A stretch of DNA of 64,000 bases from Chrysomallon squamiferum. Its lineage: Eukaryota; Animalia; Mollusca. The stretch is taken from positions 30,566,001 to 30,630,000 of the forward strand of contig CM022679.1 of the NCBI GenBank assembly GCA_012295275.1, in the 5' to 3' direction. Positions 58,925-64,000 of the stretch are shown in pieces (positions within the stretch are counted from its first letter, which is position 1; every line of letters begins with the position of its first letter). The notes beneath the pieces are model-generated. The model was not told the DNA's origin. It ran no database searches and was given only the letters and a program-made list of their open reading frames with translations. The translations under genes and the position numbers were made by a program.

Positions 58925-60589
58925 ATATTTTTAGCCTGTATTGTGAAGTCAGGACAACCTGTTCAGTCACACACACACACACACACAGTCACACACAGTC
59001 AAATAAATTGTTCAGAATATAGACATACACAGACACATATATATATATAACTTAGAATGTTATTAAGAAAAAAAAAAAAAAACATTTATATATTTTTGTT
59101 AAATCTATTGTGCCACAGTTCTTTACACTGTAAATATGTATTTTTCTGCCTTAGTGAAATAACCTAACTGAATATTTTTAAAAAGTTCTTGAGAAAAATG
59201 TACATCAGACTCCAAACAAAATTAAAACTGTATATCCTTTATCACAAACCAGATTAATAATTTCTCCAAACAACAATTCAATTATTAAAATTCAAAATTT
59301 ACAACCAACAGACAAAAAAAAAAAAATAAAAATAAACAATATAAAAATATATATACATAGAATTGTACACATAAAATGATAAACATATAATTGTTTTCAT
59401 TCAAACAAATGAAAGCAAATAAACTTTCTTCCTTTGTTTTCTTTTTTCTTATCTTTCTTTCTTTCATTCATTCATTAATTGTTTATTTATTTATTATTTA
59501 TTTATTTATATATTTCTTAATTATTATTATTATTATTATTTATTTTTTTTTATTTTTATTTTATATAATTATTGTTTTTGATAAAATAGTTTACAAATAC
59601 ATTATATTTACACGCTGAGGACAGATTTCATTTAGTTTATTAAAAAAAAACCCACCAATAACCACTCATAATTCTGAAATGTTTTTACATTCACCCAATT
59701 TTTAATTTTTAATTTTCTTCATTTAAATCAGACTGATCTGTCTGTCAGAGTAAATGCTAATCTTAGTTGGAATGTTAGTTGGTTAAACAAGAGAGTGGAC
59801 CAGTCTTACACTCTCCACACAAGCCAGAGGGAAGATAACAATCCATAAACTCATGTTTGTATAATATGACAGTGGCTTAACCATGCTGAACAGCAGCTTG
59901 TGATAGGGCAGTGTACTGAACAATGATAAGCTTACAAAGCAGATACCATCAACCTGTGTAATCATCACCATTTTATATATACACACACACACACACACAT
60001 AAAGAACTGATTTTTAACAATAGGTTTGATAATAAACAAACACACATATACATACATACATATACACATATATACACATATGTGCTTTTGTTAACATACA
60101 AAACTAATAACATAAATAACAACTAACTGAAGTAAAAAACATAACATATGAAAATATAACTGTGTATGTGGATTGTACACCAGTACCTCGTCTTTAGAAA
60201 GTTTTAAAAATATTTCCTTTTTTTTAACCTATAAAAGTAACTTTTAAAGTATTGACAACAGTTACAATACTGTATTATCAAAAATAGATTATACGCACAA
60301 ACTGTCTATACTGATTGCATGTATTAACATTGCTGTTTTAAAAATTTAAGTTAATGATGTATACAACCAACTGCATCAATGCTTTCTTTAAAAAACAATT
60401 AAAACACAAAAAAAATAAAAATAAAAACAAAATAAAAACAAAATAAAAATAAAGAAATAAAATAAAATAAAAGCAAAAATGAAAAAATACAATATATATG
60501 TTTCAAACATTTGTACAGTTTTACTGTCACACTTTAACTGATATCTATACACAGTTGCTGTCAAACAATAATGTACAAATATGTGTATA

Positions 60590-61212
60590 TTATATTATTA
60601 TCAAACATTAACTCATGTTTGTATAGTATATGTTATTATCAAACATTAACTCATGTTTTTATAGTATATGTTATTATCAAACATTAACTCATGTTTGTAT
60701 AGTATATGTTATTATCAAACATTAACTCATTTGTACATGATATGTTATTATAAACATTAACTCATTTGTACATCATATATTATCAAACATTAAGTTTAAC
60801 TCATGTTTGTACATTATATGTTATTATCAAACATTAACTCATTTTTATGCAGTATATATTATTATTATCAAACATTAACTTATTTGTACATGATACATTA
60901 TTATCAAACATTAACTCATGTTTGGTAACAGTATATGTTATCAAACATTAGCTCATGTTTGTACATTGTATGTTATTATCAAATATCAGCTCATGTTTGT
61001 ACGTTTTGTTATTATGAAATATCAACTCATGTTTGTACATTTTTGTTATTATCAAATTTCAACTCATGTTTGTACATTTTGTTATTATGAAATTTCAACT
61101 CATGTTTGTACATCATATGATATAAAACATTAATTCATGTTTATACATTTTTTTGTTATTATGAAATATCAAGTAATGTTTCTACAATAAATGATATTAA
61201 ACATCAACTCAT
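60590..61212. repeat. ~35-38-bp minisatellite downstream of ADPRM
   Basis: Unit TATGTTATTATCAAACATTAACTCATGTTTGTATAGTA; CAAACATT recurs at 60602, 60640, 60678 and degenerates rightwards. Confidence 0.9.
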
Positions 61213-61519
61213 CTTTACAGGCCATTGTTAAGGCTCATTAATGACATAAATGACTCATGAACATAAAAAGAATAAACAATATTACAAGTATCACCACTGA
61301 CAAACCACACTCATTAGCATCACTAAGATTGAGCAACAAAGTAGCACAGCTTACTCCGTGAAATGTGCACTATTTAAAATAAAAATGTTAAAAAGCTACA
61401 CAATTAACCCATTATTATGCTTAGAAAAACAATGAATACTGGTAAGTTTAATATTTATTTTTGTGATTAAAAATTTAAAATCGAATAAAATGTACAAAAC
61501 TGTACCTCGACTTCTAAGA

Positions 61520-62157
61520 TTACTCTATTTCATATGGCAAATTGACTGTGAATGATCGTATCAAACCCTGTCCCACTATGTCCAAACTCTTACGAGACAG
61601 AAATGCTGTAGCAAAAGAATTTTCGTCAGAACTTCTCTCAATGATGCCAGGCAAGACGAGGTGCAGCACACCATCACTGTCCACAGCATCGCCACCATCA
61701 TGATCGTGTCCACATATGTACGAAACAACACAGCTGTGTTTTCTAACAACATCGAGGATGTCGCCCGCATTCCAGCACAGGTTGACAGGAAAGCATGCAT
61801 CTGCATATATTGGTGAGTGTCCTGATGAAAAAAAAATAATAATAATAAATACAGTTTGCAAAGTATTTACATACTGTTAACAGAAAAGAAAATGTGTTTT
61901 AAAGTAAATATTAATTTTGACATGTGAAGAGGAACTACCATTCTGAATCTTTTATTTTGTTTGTTTCTTCTTTTATTATTTTATAAAAACTATTTTTAAT
62001 ATTTAGACCTTTTAATTAGATGTTTTTGCTGATGGTATGCAAATTTATTCAAATGTTTCTTTTCAATGTTATCTTCACATTTCATTAATTCTGCAGTTTA
62101 TTGATCAAATGATAGCAGAACACATGGGAGAAAGAAGAGATGAGAAAAAGAAACAAG

Positions 62158-62189
<32 letters not shown>

Positions 62190-62869
62190 AATGAATAAAT
62201 ACCAAATATTATTGTATTCTGTTTCAGTTCTTCAGCTTTCTGTAACTCTGAGTCAAGCCATCTGAGCTGCTTGGAGGACACTCCACCATTCCACATGACA
62301 AACTGACTGTGTTCAGCGTCGAGTCCAGCAGGTGAATTTAGATTCTCATTTCTGTTTATCCGTCGGATTATTTCATACGCGTGTTGGTACATTTCACTGC
62401 TTTCTGCATAGCCAAGAAGACTGACTTCATAGCAGTCGAGTGCAATGAACCTCACAGACGGATGTGGTTGGAACGAGTAATAGAAACAACCTGGGGGCGA
62501 CTTGCATTCACTTCTAGCAGGACTGAACAGCTCAGTTTCCTTCAACTCTTCTCGGCTGAAGTTGTAAAGCTCGTGATTCCCAATGACGTGATAGACTGGT
62601 TTCCCATAACTGACAAACGGACCAAGGGCCGTTTTTAGACATCGGCTGCTTCCTATGTGTCTGCAGCTGCCATCAATCTGGTCACCTAGCTGAAGAATGA
62701 AGTTTAGATTTGGATACGACTGTTGCCAGTGAGTCACTGCATTCTTCAAGTGGTTCAACGAATTTCTGTAATGACGGATTCGCGTTTGGCTGAAATCGCT
62801 GCCGTCATCCTTGTCTGCATACTGCACGTCTGCAATAAGGCCAAATGTCAGCAAAGGTTCTGAACTCAT
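61520..62869 (-). CDS. ADPRM: Manganese-dependent ADP-ribose/CDP-alcohol diphosphatase, 2 coding exons, ~322 aa
   Basis: Exons 62869-62203 and 61821-61520 (969 nt). Metallophosphoesterase motifs ADVQYAD (the DxQ variant typical of ADPRM), LGDQIDG, GNHE, GHSP, GHDHDGG, plus RHYRNSL and WNGG. An acceptor just upstream of the ATG implies a non-coding first exon (candidate GTAAGT donor near 63784). Confidence 0.92.
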
Positions 62870-62994
62870 CTGAATCCTGGTATAGCTTTATAAAAGAAAA
62901 ACCACTATTGCATTACCATGTCATAAAGTGATCAAAAACATGCACAAAAACATTAAAAAAAAAAAAAAAAAAAAAAAATAATATATATATATAT

Positions 62995-63025
<31 letters not shown>

Positions 63026-64000
63026 TCAATAAATAAAATTTTTAAAAAAAGGTACAGATATTTTAAAGAGACAAATTCAAGAATACTAAAAGACAATACT
63101 TTTTGTTATATCTACATATGTGTAATATTTTTATAACTATTTAATGACGATAAAGTAAATAAAAAATAAATAAAATAAATGAATAAATAAATAAAAAATA
63201 AATGACCTACAACTCTTTCAACCGCTAATTATTCACCAGTTGCAGTTGCGTCCCTTCTGTTTTCTACTTTACTTCCAGACAACAGTTATGTAATTTAAAT
63301 ATACTTTAACTCAGTCAGTATAAAAGATATAAATGTAAAGGTAAAAACGGTTTCGTCCTATAAATCATATGATTTGATGTTTTTCTGATTTTTTATTTTC
63401 TGATTGATTTTTTAAATTGCTTTACCTTTTTCAAGCTTCATGTTTGGCCCGTCAAAATCCATTATTATTGAGTATAGTTTATGATCTACTCACCAGAAAA
63501 TCGAATCAAAACTCTAAACAATCACTGTTGTACTGCCTAAATATAAAAGTTAACAAACAACTTTACTTATCTGTTCTATTTATAATATAGAGGATTGCCC
63601 AACGACACTGAAACTGTCGGAGGATAAAAATAGACCGCGAGTCATTTCGCCACCCAGCTTTAACTTCCACGACAAAAGCTGTAGCGGTGCACCGTTCATT
63701 TTCACAAATATAAGTAATATTATATCTTGGTTATTAAGTAAGTATGCGTATAATCAGGCACAAGTGAAAGTTTCGAAAACTTACCCAGACTTGTATTTTA
63801 AAAGTATTTTCACCTTTTGCGAAAATAAATGGTTCCAAAAAATCATTTATCGATGAACTGATAATAGGACTTGGTCTCGATTATCTTTTTTGAGTGGTTT
63901 CCCCTCGAAGGATAATACGAAAAAGTATCGATATCGCGAGACGAGGAATAAAGGGGCAGTACTCTTCGCATAGCATGTTGATTGAGGCTCGAAAAGGGAT

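Overview
AT-rich, microsatellite-dense, intron-containing eukaryotic DNA from an invertebrate animal. Mollusc-like is an inference from gene content, not something the sequence proves. From left to right it holds: (1) a 144-bp Tc1/mariner-type MITE and long SSRs; (2) three tandem 3-exon claudin/PMP22-like tetraspan genes (7.8-17.0 kb, +); (3) a ~37-kb IFI44/IFI44L-like array (TLDc + P-loop GTPase) at 18-55.4 kb; (4) an intronless class A GPCR with two frameshifts; (5) an ADPRM-like Mn2+-dependent ADP-ribose/CDP-alcohol diphosphatase (-). The IFI44-like array is three tandem units. Each unit is a convergent pair of a + strand soluble-type gene (455 aa, all three intact) and a - strand paralog with an extra acidic linker plus C-terminal transmembrane tail (one intact, one disabled only in its TLDc exon, one heavily decayed). 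Two further TLDc-exon relics are present. The most notable system is this paired soluble/tail-anchored IFI44L cassette. It shows TLDc-focused divergence, conversion-like homogenisation of the GTPase exons, a duplicated candidate 42-nt in-frame microexon, a shared 3'-end element and ISRE-like upstream motifs. All exon models were built by eye from GT-AG sites and frame continuity, with no transcript support.
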